The position numbers and the translations under genes were made by a program. A model generated the notes under the pieces. That model ran no database searches. It was given only the letters and a program-made list of their open reading frames with translations, and was not told the DNA's origin. From the NCBI GenBank assembly GCA_010015805.1, contig ML978125.1, positions 1,178,001 to 1,242,000 on the forward strand: a DNA stretch of 64,000 bases. Reading direction: 5' to 3'. The stretch's first letter is position 1. The number at the start of each line of letters is the position of its first letter. Source of the DNA: Rhizodiscina lignyota. Lineage: Eukaryota. Shown one piece after another: positions 43,998 to 58,017 of this stretch.

Positions 43998-45236
43998 TCA
44001 GTAGATCAATGGTCGTTGCAAACCGTCAAGGAATCTTCCGAACCATGTCCTTTGGGGCCTAGACTTTGTCCATGGCAGACCAATCTTGTGCATCTCCACA
44101 GCCAATTGGAGGATGTAATCGATGCTAAAAAGTGACACGGTCAGTTTCGCTATGCATCACCCTGTAAACCGTAGTCAACACATACCTCTCACACTGCGTC
44201 TTTGCCTTATGCACATTATCGCCCCATACGTAACTGGCCTAGTCAGCCCTTCACTAGCTCGAAAGAGAAAAATAATTCTTACATGCCGTGCCTCCTTACA
44301 AGGATAGCATAAGCATCGGGGTATTTTTCCATCGCTTCCTCCAGACTGTCCGTAAGGTCCTCCTCGCTGAAAACAGCTATCGCGTCAGCCTCATCATCTT
44401 ACGTCCGAAAGAAAATGACGGAAGGCAACTTACTGCGCTGTGTTCTCGATGATTGGGATCCGCAGGCGATCGTAATATCCCAAGTTGCCAGACTTTCCTC
44501 TGCCCTTCGGGATACCTTTGATCTGCTCAATCTGCTCGATCTCGAAGCACGCCTGGGGGCCGAGCTCGCGCTCTACAAGCAGTGTAACAAGCACCGCCCA
44601 TTGCGAATGAGTGTGGATGCAGCAACCTGCGCCTCGGTCGAATGCTGCGAGGAAGAGTGGGGTGCATGCAGATGGCTTCAGGAACTGGACCAGAACAGTG
44701 AGAATTGAGTAGAGCAGGGAGGAGTTGACTAATGGAAGGGGTGCCATCTCCAAAAGGGGCAGCGATCATGTGTATAAGACATGGATACATAGATTTCGGA
44801 AATGCTCGAAATGGAAACCATGAAGAGGCATAGGAGAGTTCGACCAACATTCGGCTTCCTCAAATACTCTCTTTTCTGTGCACACATCACAAACATGTCC
44901 TTCGGATCCATAAGCTCTTTCTGAACGCCTGATGGCGCAATGAAAATGTGATCATTGTTCCGAATGCTCGTGCCTCCGCCAGTACCAGTAACCTGTCCGA
45001 TCCCCGTCTGTGTCAGCATTACGATACCGAAGATGAATGCGGCAAGAAATAGGTCGAGCAGGCAAGAGATGACACATTGGGATGAAGACAGGATGGAAGA
45101 GGAAACTGAAATGACTAACCCATCCTAATGTGTAGAACTTGCGGCACAGCTCACAAATCAGGTTTGCAGGGTGGTTGGGATCAGGGGATTGGATGAGATG
45201 CTCGTGTGGAGAGTCTGGAGGAGTGAGCTCGGCCAT
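43998..45236 (-). CDS. MDE1: Methylthioribulose-1-phosphate dehydratase
   Basis: [71 protein letters not shown]. Several introns. Confidence 0.93.
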
Positions 45237-45686
45237 GATCAATTATATGTATCACCAGACCGACGGATCTACTTAGTGATTGATACAGTACGTTGGCTTA
45301 GGCGCGAATTTTGGGTTTTGGCGTCCTGTCGAAAAATTTGGATTCACCGCACGAACTGACCAATCGGAGGCCTCCCACACTCCACTCGGCGGCATGGTGC
45401 AATTCCTGCGGCCGCATTTTGGTGCCGTTGAGGAATAACCCTTTTCGAACAGCCCGGGTCGAAAGGATTTCGATTTTAATCCTGCGAACTGGAAGGTTTC
45501 TTCATCTTCTAATGGACGCAATTGGCTAAGAAATTGTGTCTAATTGTATGTTGCATATCGCACACCCAACTACGAACATCCAGATCGCAATATATTTAAC
45601 AAAATCTTTCAATCAGTGGTATCAAATTAATGTGGTCGTAAGAGATGGTTCGAGAAAGCACCCGTGTGTTTGACGCATCTATCCTC

Positions 45687-46369
45687 TCACTGAGTGGGGT
45701 TCTGCCCGTCCTTCTTCTTGTCCACACGCAGGACTTGCTTTACCTTGTCGCCCAATGTCTCTTTGTTCGGATCCTGGCTGTGTCCGCCATACTTTTCAAT
45801 GTGCTCGTTACCCGCTCCGCCGCGCTGCACGGGAGGTCAGCTCATAGTCTCAACTGATCATGTCTTGGCGGGACGTACGCCAGTGTGGTAATTCTCATGG
45901 CCCTCTCTCAGTGAAGTTTCGGGAATGAAATCCTTCGATTTCTCCTGCTTGGCTCCCGGATTCAGCCTGGGTGACTCCATATTGCCGACTCCACCACGCT
46001 GAACATGGCGTTAGTTTTAGCTCATTGGAACAACTGATTGTGATGCATACGCCAGTGGAGTATTCTGGTCTTGGGCTATCGCCTACAACCCCCTCGCGGA
46101 CAATGCCAGCATCGACATATCTGGTTTTCTCGTTAGCCAATTGCAGCGATACAAGGTGTGACGCGTGAACAGTGCTCGTCTGGAGAGCACGGGCAGTAAT
46201 GGGACTCGAGCAAAAAGCTGTACGGCCATAAAAAGCAATTCAAAAGACTCACGTATTGGAATCGGGTCCAATATTGCCAGCGCCTGAACTGTTATTAACG
46301 TTGGTTCCAGCAACATAGTGCGCGTCAGTACAAACCTCCTCGTCCGGTGGAGTGGATACCGTCAGACAT
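45687..46369 (-). CDS. DUF3602/Par32-like protein with GRGGAGN repeats
   Basis: Spliced exons give STGRGG/AGNI, YSTG/RGGVGN and YHTG/RGGAGNE. Confidence 0.75.
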
Positions 46370-47056
46370 TTTGACTTATTTGATGCTCAATGCTGCTGAA
46401 CAAGGTCTACAACGAAATATGAAGGATCGTAAATTCTGTTTGGGCGCGTGAACAATTAAATTGACCTCGCGTGAGCTGGCCGAGGCGCGTATGACGCAAC
46501 CGCATTGCAAAACCTTCGCGGGATGGGCTCGGCAACGACAAATAAGCGTCTGTCATGACGAGTCTTCGAGCTTCTTGGCTTTGCGCGACTATTCAATGGC
46601 ATCGTTGCAAATCTTGATCGAGGGCTGGAACCTTGGCTGTTCGAGTCTTGGATCTTATACTTTGTGGTCCCACCGTCGTATGCAGGTGAAACTAAGACGA
46701 TGATAGCCTACATGGCTTTCGGAGTAAAGCCCCATAGATCAGGAGTAGCCTGGGGCGAAATGCTAAGCTGTTGATAAGGAACTCGATTCTGATTCGCCGA
46801 TCGACGTATTTCATGTAAGTATTCGAAGAAATTCAGTAATATCGATGTAATGATTGCCCAAACCTCCGGTAATATTCTAGGGAGCATGTGGGGGAAGCTG
46901 CTGCATTTGCAGGAGTGGTGAGCCTAGGAAGCCCTGCTCATATAGTTTACATAGGTGTGCGTTGTGCTAGCAGCCAAGCGAATCCAAGCCATATAAATCA
47001 TCATGAAACCCAAACTCATTATAGACATCAAAAGTGTTCTCGTCTACTTATCTCCT

Positions 47057-48375
47057 TTATGCCTTGAGCACTGCCTTCTCTTCCGGTGGAGCAGCCCCGC
47101 CGGTAGTTGGGAGACCCTGGAATCACAGTTAGCACGTAGAAAGCGTAGATGCAGACACAAACGTACCATGAAGATCTTGAAGTAGTCGTAGATCATCCAT
47201 TGCAGACCCGTAAGCGTACCAATCATGACAATTCTCACTGGGAGACCGTTCCAGAGACCCGGGAATCCGATTCTTTTATAGATGCGGCTCATGGCACCAC
47301 CGAAAGACTCTCCAGCCTGGCGTTCAGCGTTGAGTTTTGAGACCATGACATCAGCAGGGTGGGAGACGATCGCGCAGGCAATACCAGCAATGTAACCAGC
47401 GGTGAAGGAGACTGCCGTTTGGGCACCCTTGCTGTAATCGCTCTTGCTGCCAGGGAGACGATGGTAGATCATCTCAACGACGGTTTCGAACGAGGCGAAT
47501 TTCATCATGGTGTACGGAATCTGTCTGCCCCAGAGAGGATACAAGCCCTTGTAGAGACCGGCAACGCCTTCGGCAGAGGTGATTTTGTTGAAGCCGTTCA
47601 AAGTTCCAGTTGCGAAAGGTGGAATGGTCGTCTGCATGCGTACCTTTATGGCTTCAAATGGGCAGAGGGCAATATCAGCAAAGAATTCAGCAGAGGCAGA
47701 ACCGGCGAGATAGATCCAGGTCTTATATCGGGTGGCGCCATCAGGTCCAGCAAGGTCAGAGTAGAATTTCTTGAAGAACTCATATCCACCGTATTTGAAG
47801 GCACCTTGAGCCTAGTGAATGTCAGCACTTGCCCTTGGATCGGCCGCAAATAGAGACGCACAGAGTAACCCCAGAACGTTGGACCCCAACCAGTGAAGAC
47901 TCCACGGAATCCCTCTGCGCGACCGATCTTACCCCAAGCTTCGAAGTTGCCCTTGTACATATTGGTATCGACCTGGCGACGACATTTTACTAGATCGAGC
48001 GGCGTAACAGCGGTATGCGTGAGGCCCTGTTGTCGTGAGCAACTGCTTCCAACGTCTCCGAACTTATAGGTTATTGCTCACGCAAGCCATAAGACCACCG
48101 AAAGTGCAGGCAGCATAGTACTTCAAGCTGTAGAGTTCAATCTTGCCGGTCGCAGCTTGGGCGCTTGCGCTCGCCTTTTCGAACTTCTCAACTGCAACGT
48201 CGCCAACCTGGGCTGCCTTGTTCTTCACATCGTCGGTCGTACTCCACACCGAGTAGAGATCTTGACGAGCAAGGTAGGGCGACGGCCTCGGAGCAACTGG
48301 CCTACGAGCGGCGAATGGGGAGGACGTACCAAACACATCCTTAAGGGTGGCTTGATTGGGGAAGAAGGAAGTCAT
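47057..48375 (-). CDS. PIC2: Mitochondrial phosphate carrier (Pic2 type)
   Basis: [65 protein letters not shown]. Confidence 0.88.
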
Positions 48376-49168
48376 CCTGTTGTTCCATTGAGTGAGCTTT
48401 GTGAAGCTTATCGGGTCATGGGTAGCGGTACCTTCCTGTTCGTCTGACTTTGCCGAATGAAAGACTTCAATGAGAATGGGTGCTGCAGGGAAGTGCAGGC
48501 ACCAGCTTCACGTCAATTGAAGAATTGCTCCACGAGCGGGTGTGAACGTTGAGGTTGGCAGAAAGTTGTTGTCCAACCTCTCGAAGTGGAGATGCGCACG
48601 GCTGGGGTTTCAAGAGCGCGGCTCGGGATGACGTCTTAACTCCGAAGCGTCAAGCGCGCCTTTCGATCCACACCAAATAATACAATTGGATTCAATGGAT
48701 AGGAAATCTGAAACGGATGGAGAAATGAGATGCGTAATTGAATCCAGGCTATCTTTTGGTCTTTCAAAGTGACTTTCGCGGGTCTGAGGAAGCACCTGTG
48801 AAAGCTCCGGCAGAGTTCGGGACCGACAAAACAAAGGATTGGAAAGCCTCCACTGGGAGAAGTACAAAAATGCTGCAATGTATATGTGGCTTCCTCCTAA
48901 AGTCAGTAACTGGGTAAGATGCCTCGCAATTGGAACTGCAGCTTTGAGAAGCCCATCTCAGCACCAGAATCATACTTAGTCTACCCTGTGCGCGTTTGCG
49001 TCATTACAGCGCTTAGAGAGTTGATGACATTCTGAATAGCCATTGATTCTAAAGCTTGAATGTACCCATTGGTATTCCCAAATATGTACAGGTGGGATAT
49101 CTAGCTTCCGGTATGCTAGTGTCGTTCTGTAGCTTTCCCTAACGCAATGAAAATTAGGAGATATGCGT

Positions 49169-49858
49169 CTACTTCGACCCCTTCTCCTGCTGCTGTAATC
49201 TCCCCAGTTTCGCTTCCTCCTCTTCACGGTTTTGGTTCTCGTAATGTGCTATGACCTTGTCAAGGTTTATGTATGCGCCGGCCCAGACGTTGTGAGCTGA
49301 TCCAGAGTTAAATTGCCTGTGCAGAGGAATGTTAGCTCAAAATGTCCAGACAGTTTCCAACAGCCTCAAATAAATGCAGATGCTGCAGGCACAGTAGCAG
49401 CCAGACAGCTTCCTGGATGTTGTCCACATACTCTGGTGATCTCAGCTCATGTCGCTGGCTCGGTTCCGAGTTCAAAAACAGATTGCGGTCAGCTGCCGCC
49501 CGCTGCACCGCCTCCAGATGGATATTGTTCCTCCGCGCCCACTCTTCGCTCCAGTCATAACTGATCATTCGTGTCACCCAGGGGTCTTTCGACGTCGCAA
49601 AATCATGGATGAGGAAGATGAGAGGAATGCAGGTCACTCCAATGTAGAAACCGCGCTAGGAAGTTTCGTCAGCTGTCATAGGATGAATGAGGGAGCCTTT
49701 TAGCGTACTCCTAAAGACTCATTGGAGTCTGATGAGCCATGAGATGCGTGAGGTTGGGCGTGTCCGCTGTCGTGTGATTCGAATCGCCGCTGCTGGCTTC
49801 GGAGGAGTGATCGAGAGGTTCGGACTGAGGCTTGAGTGCCTCTCCTGAGCGCTTGCAT
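49169..49858 (-). CDS. NADH:ubiquinone oxidoreductase 17.8 kDa-type accessory subunit
   Basis: Mitochondrial presequence MQALRR..., single TM, WARRNNIHLEAVQRAAADRNLF, PE/AFNSGSAHNVWAG. Two introns. Confidence 0.7.
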
Positions 49859-50221
49859 GTCGGTAGCGCACTCAATGGCTCTCGTCTACGTGTAGAAGCA
49901 ATGCCGAATCAGGACGACAGTTCCAAGTGCTGCTCCAGCTGTTAGAGGAGCAAGATGCCAAGCATTATCGGAACGAGAATGGCCGAATCCGACACACTGC
50001 TCTCAGTCACGTGATGATAATCAGAATACTTCTTAGGTAGGCACAGACATGGATGAATTTATTGGATCTAGTATTTAAAAGTTACATAAGAAGACATTAC
50101 AGACGCCGTATACTAATGATCGTTACATCGTTGAAAGCTCGTGAAACGCCGCTGCCCAATTCAGATGAATTGCATTTACATTAGAACAAGCAATCCTTCT
50201 GCTGGGCATCCCTCGACACTT

Positions 50222-52443
50222 TTATGTTGTTCCAATTGCATCAGGATCACGATCGGCTTCGCTCATCGCTGCATGTCTCGGCGTGCTCTCTCTCACTGAG
50301 TTCGAGGGACCAAGTTCGACAGGCCCTATAACAGGATGGCTGCCTACGGGATCCACACCCAAGCCGGCAGCTGTGGGACTATCCTTATAGTACGCATCCA
50401 TTCTCGGCTGCGTTGGTGATGTTCCATACGCAGGCGCTGGTCCATCGTGGTACTGGTGGTGTTCTTGATATCCAGCCTCGACCGGTTGGTAGAAGCCGTA
50501 AGTCAGTGCGCCTCCTTGCGAAAATCTGGAGTCGAAGTCCGATGAAACATTTGTTCCGACACTTGGATGATGGGAGTGCTTTACGCCAGGGGAGGACAGA
50601 TCTGGTGAGGGAAGCTCCGCTACATTCTGTGCATCCTTTTCCTGAGGGGGCTGAATTGGAGGAGGGGGCTGAGCTCGCTTGCGTCTTCGCAGATAAAAGA
50701 ACACGGCTCCTAAAATAAGCGCAAGACCGACGACACCTCCAACAGTACCTCCAGCGATAGCTCCGGCGTCCGAAGATTTGTGATGTGTGGGTGTGGGAGA
50801 AGGAGCAGCACCTGTCGCGGTTGGTGGAATATACCGCGTCGGTGTCTGTGTCGCTGGAGTTACCTTCCTTCCGAAGTATACCGACAAGTTTGAGTCGCCC
50901 CAGCCTTCGCTTGGAGCTGTAGCAGTTGCTCCGCCATTGGCACTGAAATACTTAGCATAACGGACCTGGAGGCGAGGGAACAACTCACCCTCCACCAATT
51001 GTCGCAATGACCTCTGGCGGGACCTGATAACTAGTTACGTTCGGCTGAAACGAGTGCCATTGTGTATTTTGAGGATTATTCTTTCCAAGGTCTAGGTTGT
51101 GTTGGCCCTGAACCGCCGGTAGATCGCATGCGGTTGAATTTGGATATGTACCGCCCATGATGTCCATTTGGGCGCCATCAATAACGGTGCAAGACATTGC
51201 ATTCTTCGGAAACAGCTGAGGATCTTGCCACCACTGGCTTTGAGATTAGTCGCATTTACTGGAGGGTGGAAAGAATGGCAACTTGCCTTGGTCCAGGTGA
51301 AAGACGGAATGCTCAGGATGTAGATATCGTCATACCCAACAACATCAGCATATACTGACGCACCGCCGTAAAGGTAGCTAAGAACAGTTAGCAGGAGCGG
51401 AGCCATACGACCGTGAACTTACATATTGTATGACGATTGGTCACTGGGCCAGGTCACACCGGCACAGAATCGTCGCCGGGATCCAGGAACATGTCCTGTC
51501 GTATTTTGTGTGTACCATCTATTGTCCGAGATATCGTAGACAAGAATTTCCTGAACGGTTAGTAACTGCAATGAGCATCGGCATTTATCAACTAACATTC
51601 ATCGGAGCCTAAGTAATGTTAGCTTGCATATAGTCAAATTTTGTTATTCGAATAGGCATACCCCAATCGAAGTACCATTATCGAATGGCGTCTGAACTCC
51701 ACCGAAGTAAACAAGCATACCTGCATCGGACGCTGGCAAGTATAACATGACTCCCTCAGCGCGTGGAATATTGTCGGGAGGCCCTGGATTAGGCGTGAAG
51801 CTTTCGCCAGTCATGTTGTATTGCATCAAGGTTGTCGAGGCATTTGGTGTGCCAGTCCAACCTGGAATGCTATTGTTCGACAGCCAGCCACCGTAGTACC
51901 ATCCGCTCTGTGCCTGGTCAACAGCGCCAGCTCCATAAGAAGCACGCTGGACTTGAGACACATCGGCCTTTGTTTGGTTCCATGTATCATATATTATATC
52001 GTAGAACCACAGCGAGAAATTATCTGGTTTTGACTCGTAGAATTCTCCGCCATAAAGCCATATCACCTTGTTCACGGAGTCTGGCCATAGCATGCCGCCG
52101 TTGACAGAAGGGACGTCGGAGCCTTTGGTGAGATTGTCATACTCTTGCGGAAACCCTCGGAATCCAACGTCAAGGTCGGCGTAGAGGAGATATGTATCTG
52201 GTGGACTGTCAGCTAAGATCATGCGATACAAAGGGTGGGTAGGGACATACTGGTATAGTTCTTTGGGTCTTTATCGAGTGAATTCCAGTTTCTCAAGCCG
52301 CCATCGATGTATATTTTCCGATCAACCAGAGCTGCTTGGTGTCCAAATAAGCGACAATAGTTGGTGAGTGGGTCGTGTTGTTGAAACGATCTGACGGTAA
52401 ACAGTGTGAGTGCCAACAGGCACAGCTGCTGTACGCTCCGCAT
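50222..52443 (-). CDS. Kelch-repeat single-pass cell-surface membrane protein
   Basis: Signal peptide, IYIDGG, LYGG, YYGG, YFGG repeats, YILSIPSFTW, TM AGAIAGGTVGGVVGLALI followed by RRRKR. Multiple introns. Confidence 0.8.
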
Positions 52444-53595
52444 ATTGAGTGTGTGAAACCGTCCTGCGGGGGTGGATACGGAATAGCTGTAGCATAAAAT
52501 GGTTGATAAGTGTCGGGACCCCGCTCACAGGGCTGAACAAGAGTTCACATTCTAGGCTCGATTGCGGCTTTCAGCTCTGGCCTGCACCGCACTGGTTGAC
52601 CTCTCATGGTTGATGTCCGCCCCCACAGCTAAGAATCCGGAATAGCACCATATGCAAGCAGCGACTGCCTATTCGGCCCATTGGGTCTGTAATCCACGTA
52701 CGCGACACCTTGCAGGATTACAGGCATCCAGAAACCCTTGCCCGGAGAAGCAATGCTCGTGACGTTGATGAGGCTGAAACAGCTCGAGAAGAGAAGCAGA
52801 AATACAAGATGAGACGCGATATGGATATTGTGCGGTGTAGAAGCCAGAATTATGAGTATGTGGACCCCCAAAATAAACAGTAGTTCCTTCCAAGTCGCAG
52901 ATTAAGAGAGGTGAGATTGAATAAGATCATCTAACACAACCACACTTGCCAGCTTCTACGCGCCCTGGCTGCGGCCTCATGCATCTCCAATTGGCGATGC
53001 GCTGTGCCCTGCGCGCCTCGTCGCTTGCCGGCTGGCTTCGCTAACCCATCATTGCCACACGCGTCCTCGAAGGGTGAAAGGGCGCTCAATTGGGTAATTC
53101 GGCTACGCCATATTTCAAGGCGTAGCTAAGCACGAAAGTTGCCGGAGGAACGTGCCTGATAGAGTCTTCGCAACGTGAGTGAGAGAAAATCGGAGTTCGT
53201 CTCGCCATTCACTGATCAGGAAGCCCTTGCGCCTTGTAAGCCGAAGTAGAGCCGGCCTCGGTTCCTGGCGAGCGGCCTAATTTTCTGCCTCCTAATCCTA
53301 AACGTCTTACCCTACTGTCGCGGGCCTTATACACTAATTGAGGTTGATGTCCACTATTCATCCGGCGCCGTGCCCATCTTTTACAGGCCGGTATTGTGTC
53401 CGTTTTGCTAATCAACTACGTTCCATGTCATGTGGCTCAAATCCCCCCGTCTACGGAGCACGATACAGCCAGGGCGAAGATGCCGCATTAGCCTTGTAGC
53501 CAAAATCAATCACAGCGGTGTATTCGGCTTGGTTTGGTCTGCTTTTCTTCATTAAGAGTTATTTGTTTTATTTGTTTTATATATATATATACTAA

Positions 53596-54579
53596 CTAGT
53601 GCTTGACCACGATCTTGCCTCCAGCATCGTGCGAATCTAACATCTTGTGCGCACTGTGAATGTCCTTCCACCCAAAGACATACGTCGGCTTAGCATCGAA
53701 TTCACCATTCTCAATCTTTCGTACAATATCTTGTAGAGGTATCCCAGACATTGGAAAGGCTGACGTGCCAAGGACCTTGCTATGAAACAATAGAAACTGT
53801 ACGCCTGGTTCCATCTCTACCATCGGGTTGAAATCCTTCACAGGCGCTAAACCTCCTAACCATCCAGCTTGTAGCATACGACCGTGTGGGCGCGTAAGTC
53901 CGAGGGACTCTACTAATACGCGGTTGCCTATTAGGTTCAAGACTTTATCGAACTGGGCCGTTCCGTCGAGGAGTTCTGCAAGATTGGACTGTTCGCGTTT
54001 TACGTCTACTGCTCCCATTTTCTTGAGCATCTCGAACCTTTTAGGACGTCTGGTAGTCGCTGTGACTATCGCCCCTGCGTTGACGGCCAGATTTAGTGCT
54101 GCTTGACCAATTGTCGAGGTCGCACCGCGGATCAGTAGCTTCTCGCCACGTTGCAGGTCTAATACGGTGAAGAGCGACGAGTAGGCAGTGCTGTAAACTT
54201 CTGGAATGGCTGCGAGCTGTTCCCACGGCAGGGTCGTCTCGACTGCAACTACGTTCGAAGCCGGTGTCGTCACGAACTCCCCATAGCTGCCAGGACGACT
54301 CCTCCCCATGCCTCCCATGACTCCGATGACCTTGCTTCCGATTGGGAACTCGCCGCCAGGACACGCTTCGACGATGCCAACGCACTCGAGACCTGTGATA
54401 GGATTCCATTCGTCCCATTCCCCCTTTCTCATGTGCATTTCGGCATGATTGACTCCAAAAGCTTTGATGCGGATGAGAACTTCGCCATTTTTTGCCGTTG
54501 GCTTGGGCACTTGCTGGTATTCGAGGACTTCAGGGCCTCCAAACTTGGGAATAACAATAGCTTCCATGGTCTCCGACAT
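53596..54579 (-). CDS. MDR-family NADPH:quinone oxidoreductase-like protein
   Basis: FGGPEVL, VLIRIKAFGVN, GLECVG, GSYGEF, LLIRGATSTIG, GKIVV. Intronless 327 aa. Confidence 0.9.
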   Translation of the reverse strand: MSETMEAIVIPKFGGPEVLEYQQVPKPTAKNGEVLIRIKAFGVNHAEMHMRKGEWDEWNPITGLECVGIVEACPGGEFPIGSKVIGVMGGMGRSRPGSYGEFVTTPASNVVAVETTLPWEQLAAIPEVYSTAYSSLFTVLDLQRGEKLLIRGATSTIGQAALNLAVNAGAIVTATTRRPKRFEMLKKMGAVDVKREQSNLAELLDGTAQFDKVLNLIGNRVLVESLGLTRPHGRMLQAGWLGGLAPVKDFNPMVEMEPGVQFLLFHSKVLGTSAFPMSGIPLQDIVRKIENGEFDAKPTYVFGWKDIHSAHKMLDSHDAGGKIVVKH

Positions 54580-55346
54580 GGTTTATGAGAGTTTGATGAT
54601 GCTGCTTCTCTGTGTGCGTTGGAGGATGGGGAGTACTTGATACGGATGGGGCTGAATGCTTAATGTGGATATAGATGAAATGGTTCAATAGAAGACTGCT
54701 TTCGACGATTGATGATCCAAGAAACCATTAGGATTGCTACCTTAATATACACTTCTTGGCGTGATAGAAACCTTCTGACGCTCTCATCTAGACAATTACT
54801 ATTCATGACTGGATAATCATTTCATGAATAATTTGGAGTTAGATATTGGTTAGGAATCTTAATGCATCATAGTTCAAGCTTAGAAACTGATAATTTGTTC
54901 AACATGGTGTTCTCGAGTCATGTCGTTCGCTTCCCCCGCGGAGACGAATATACAGGAGTACACTAAATATATTGGTGTTTAGGTAAGTACCGTTGCTAGT
55001 TAAGAGCTGGTTGATGCGCGGAACCACGCCGACGGACGTTGTTCGGAGCGTGAATTGCCCTATGACGTTATGCGGCAAGTATCTTACCACTGGGTGCGGC
55101 CCGTAAGGTACTCTATGCGGCATTCGTACGGCATGCGCTAACTGCTTCAGTCCGTACCACAGCGCCACCAAATCACAAGGCTCCAGGTCCTGCCTTCGTA
55201 ATGTTCGCAAAGGCAAATACGGAAAATTCAACTCTGAAACTTCTGCTACATTCATAGCATAATAGAAGGTGAGGCATTAGCTCTCCAGAATAGAGGGCAG
55301 CTTCCATCGCAGGCCTTTCGAGCCTCGATAATCAAAGTCTACGGAG

Positions 55347-55410
55347 TACGAAAGAGCCAGTGTCTCGTGAGCGAACGAGACCTGCAACAGCGTCTCTTTT
55401 TCGCGGCAAT
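55347..55410 (-). mobile_element. MITE family A terminal fragment
   Basis: TACGAAAGAGCCAGTGTCTCGTGAGCGAACGAGACCTGCAAC resembles 40918-40960. Confidence 0.6.
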
Positions 55411-56719
55411 TAAAACCCCTGTTCCATCAAGTAATCAGTAATAACCTTGTACCCCGCTGTAGCATTCTTATGGCCATTCAGCCCATGTCCAGTATTAGGC
55501 TGTAACTTCGACTGGAAAGCCTTCGAACCGCTGAAGAGAGCGTGTGGTTGTTGCTCAACACCAGGACAGTATCCACCGCAAGCAATGATGTCGTATTCGC
55601 CGTTGAAATACTACAAATATAAGAGTTTGATATTAAGAATGGAGAAGGGTGGAGAGTAAGAGCTTACAAGAACATTTCCTTTAAAACCGGTAGCTGTGTA
55701 ATTTAGAGTGGGAATGGTGATTAATTCTGTAATAGCGAATGGCACTTTGTTCTTCTCAGAGAAGGCTACTGCTTCGATGGTGTACAATGGGGCTTTGAAG
55801 AAGCTGAGAAAAAGAGGGAAAATTAGCGTGTCTATCTTTATAATAATCCAAAGATTGCGATGCTTACACATTTACATTCGCATACACATCATCCCAGATA
55901 ACGTATCCATTATCTAACCCCTTCCACTTCTTGTCTTTAAGAGCAGCAACGCGTAGGTCAAAACTTTCGATGACAACGCCACCCTGCATTGTGAAGCCTA
56001 TTCCAGTCAAAATAACGGCATCTGCTATTTCTGGTGCTGCGGCAACGAGCCCTTGTGTAGTAAATGAGCCGAAAGAATGTCCCACCAGGACTAGTTTCTT
56101 GGGTGGTCCGATTGTATCGGTGTACTGTCCGGCTTTTATCTGAGCTGCGAGCTGAGCCAGGATTGAGACTTGGATTGAGATTTGATTTACGAATCCAGAG
56201 AGTCTATGGTGCGTGTTAGAATGGTTGGGAGGGCAGAAGAGTGTATGTAGCTTACTTTGATGATCTTCCAGTCCCGAGACGGTCGTAGAAGAAGATAGAA
56301 TACCCCTTGTCTACCGCATATTGGGCGAAATTGTATTTCTCAGGCTCAAAAGCTGAGTTCCAATAACTCCTATCATAACCCAAGCCATGCGTAGCCAACA
56401 ACACAGTGTTAGAATGTTCACACTTCGTCTTCGGGGAACAGAATGTCCCCGAAATAGTATATGTCCCATTGATGTCAACGGGACCGGTGACAGGCGGGGT
56501 GAAGTTTGCTTCTGGTCTGGTTGATGATAAGAACACAAAATCTATGAGGCCGTAATTGTCGGTCCGTTTTGGACCGATCCATTCAACTCCTTTGGTTGAG
56601 ACAACGACGGGGATTTCGTAGTCGATGCAGTTGGCATTGGGTGGAGTGTATTCTGTGTGTATCCTGTGGGCTTGAGCGAGGAGGATTGGGAGGAAGGAAA
56701 AGTAGAGGAAACAATGCAT
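55410..56719 (-). CDS. Secreted alpha/beta hydrolase
   Basis: Signal peptide, LATHGLGYDRSYW, YDRLGTGRS, nucleophile VGHSFGS, GEYDIIAC, GHGLNGH. Three introns. Confidence 0.85.
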
Positions 56720-57039
56720 CCTTGAGGAGGAGGTTGAGATGATATCACTGCTTGAGTGGTGAAAGGAATACTGGGGTTTGCTGGTTTCAGGGACGAACTT
56801 TCAGTTGATTTGTCCTAATGTGAGCTTTATACATCTTTCAAATTCAGCCACTGTGATTGTCAGTTCTCAACAGTTAGCATTTCGCGTCAGCAAGCTCAAA
56901 GTTATGCCGAAGCTCTCTGTTCATGAAAGAGTATATCCCTTGTGGGTTGCATAGTAGGTCTTCAGGTGCAGAACTGGCCAAAGTCCGGATTTGGGCATTC
57001 AGATTTGATCTAAACATCCGTCAAAACAAGGTTGAGCTC

Positions 57040-57312
57040 CCGGGTAGCGTATCTTCCAGCCTACGTGGTTTAACGCTAAAAGCGGCCGCTAACCCGCCAA
57101 GGCAGATAGGACTAGTGGGTATCTCTCCACGGTCAATCTGTATAAGGCGTAATTGTAAAGGAGTGATTGATTTGCGAGCGCAGATTGTATTGGCCTGTAC
57201 TCTAAAACTGTGCACCGATAGGAGACAGCCAACAAGCCCAAACGTTGCCAGCTGAAGCCTTGGCGCTCTTGGCGTTAAACCTCGTAGGCCGGAAGCTACG
57301 GTATCTGGCGGG
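57040..57312. repeat. About 270-bp segment bounded by roughly 45-bp imperfect inverted repeats (MITE-like, family C)
   Basis: TAGCGTATCTTCCAGCCTACGTGGTTTAACGCTAAAAGCG versus the reverse complement of CGCTCTTGGCGTTAAACCTCGTAGGCCGGAAGCTACGGTA. Confidence 0.6.
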
Positions 57313-57954
57313 GGAATGTAAAGCACTCAAAATTCAGATGCCTTTACGGAGTACAGTACTCCTGTTTGCCTGAGCTCCAGTTTAGAGATGTGGCGTTGAT
57401 CCTGCCAAAACATCTGTCTAAATATCTCGATGAAAAATTGGACTGAGAGAAAAATGTTATTTTGCAGCAGTGGCGCGATGTTGGAATCTCATTTACCTAT
57501 TTTGGAAAATGAACTTTTTGCGGCATATGAACTACGCTCGAGCCGATGCGTACAGTCGATTTGTAGGAGCCAGCATTGATACTAAAACCAGAGCGCAGAA
57601 TCTGAAGTTCGTGGGATAAATATGTCGGTTCTGGTCTTCAAGCTGTTATCTATGGAGGCTACAAGAGTGCGATGTGTGCTGCCAGCTAGGTGAGATTGCT
57701 CCATCAGTTCTTTGGTGTCTTCAAGGAAGGTAGAGTACAAGACATACCCTGCTTGCCAGCGCGACGAGCCCTGACTCTGCAGAAATACTTTGCTTGGTCA
57801 TCCTGGGTCCTTCGCAGGATTCGACTAAGGATGGCATCGCCTCTTGATGGCCTTTGCGTTAGAAAATACTCGTAACGAAGAGATTCGAGATCGATGACGG
57901 GGCATGCACTTCTGAGGATCTAACTAAATTGGGGCATTGAGAGTTGGCCATGGT

Positions 57955-58017
57955 AACCGAATACGTCCACGAACCGAATACGTCCACGAACCGAATACGT
58001 CCACGAATACGTCTACG
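57955..58017. repeat. 17-bp tandem repeat AACCGAATACGTCCACG, 3 full copies plus a partial
   Basis: Directly visible. Confidence 0.95.
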
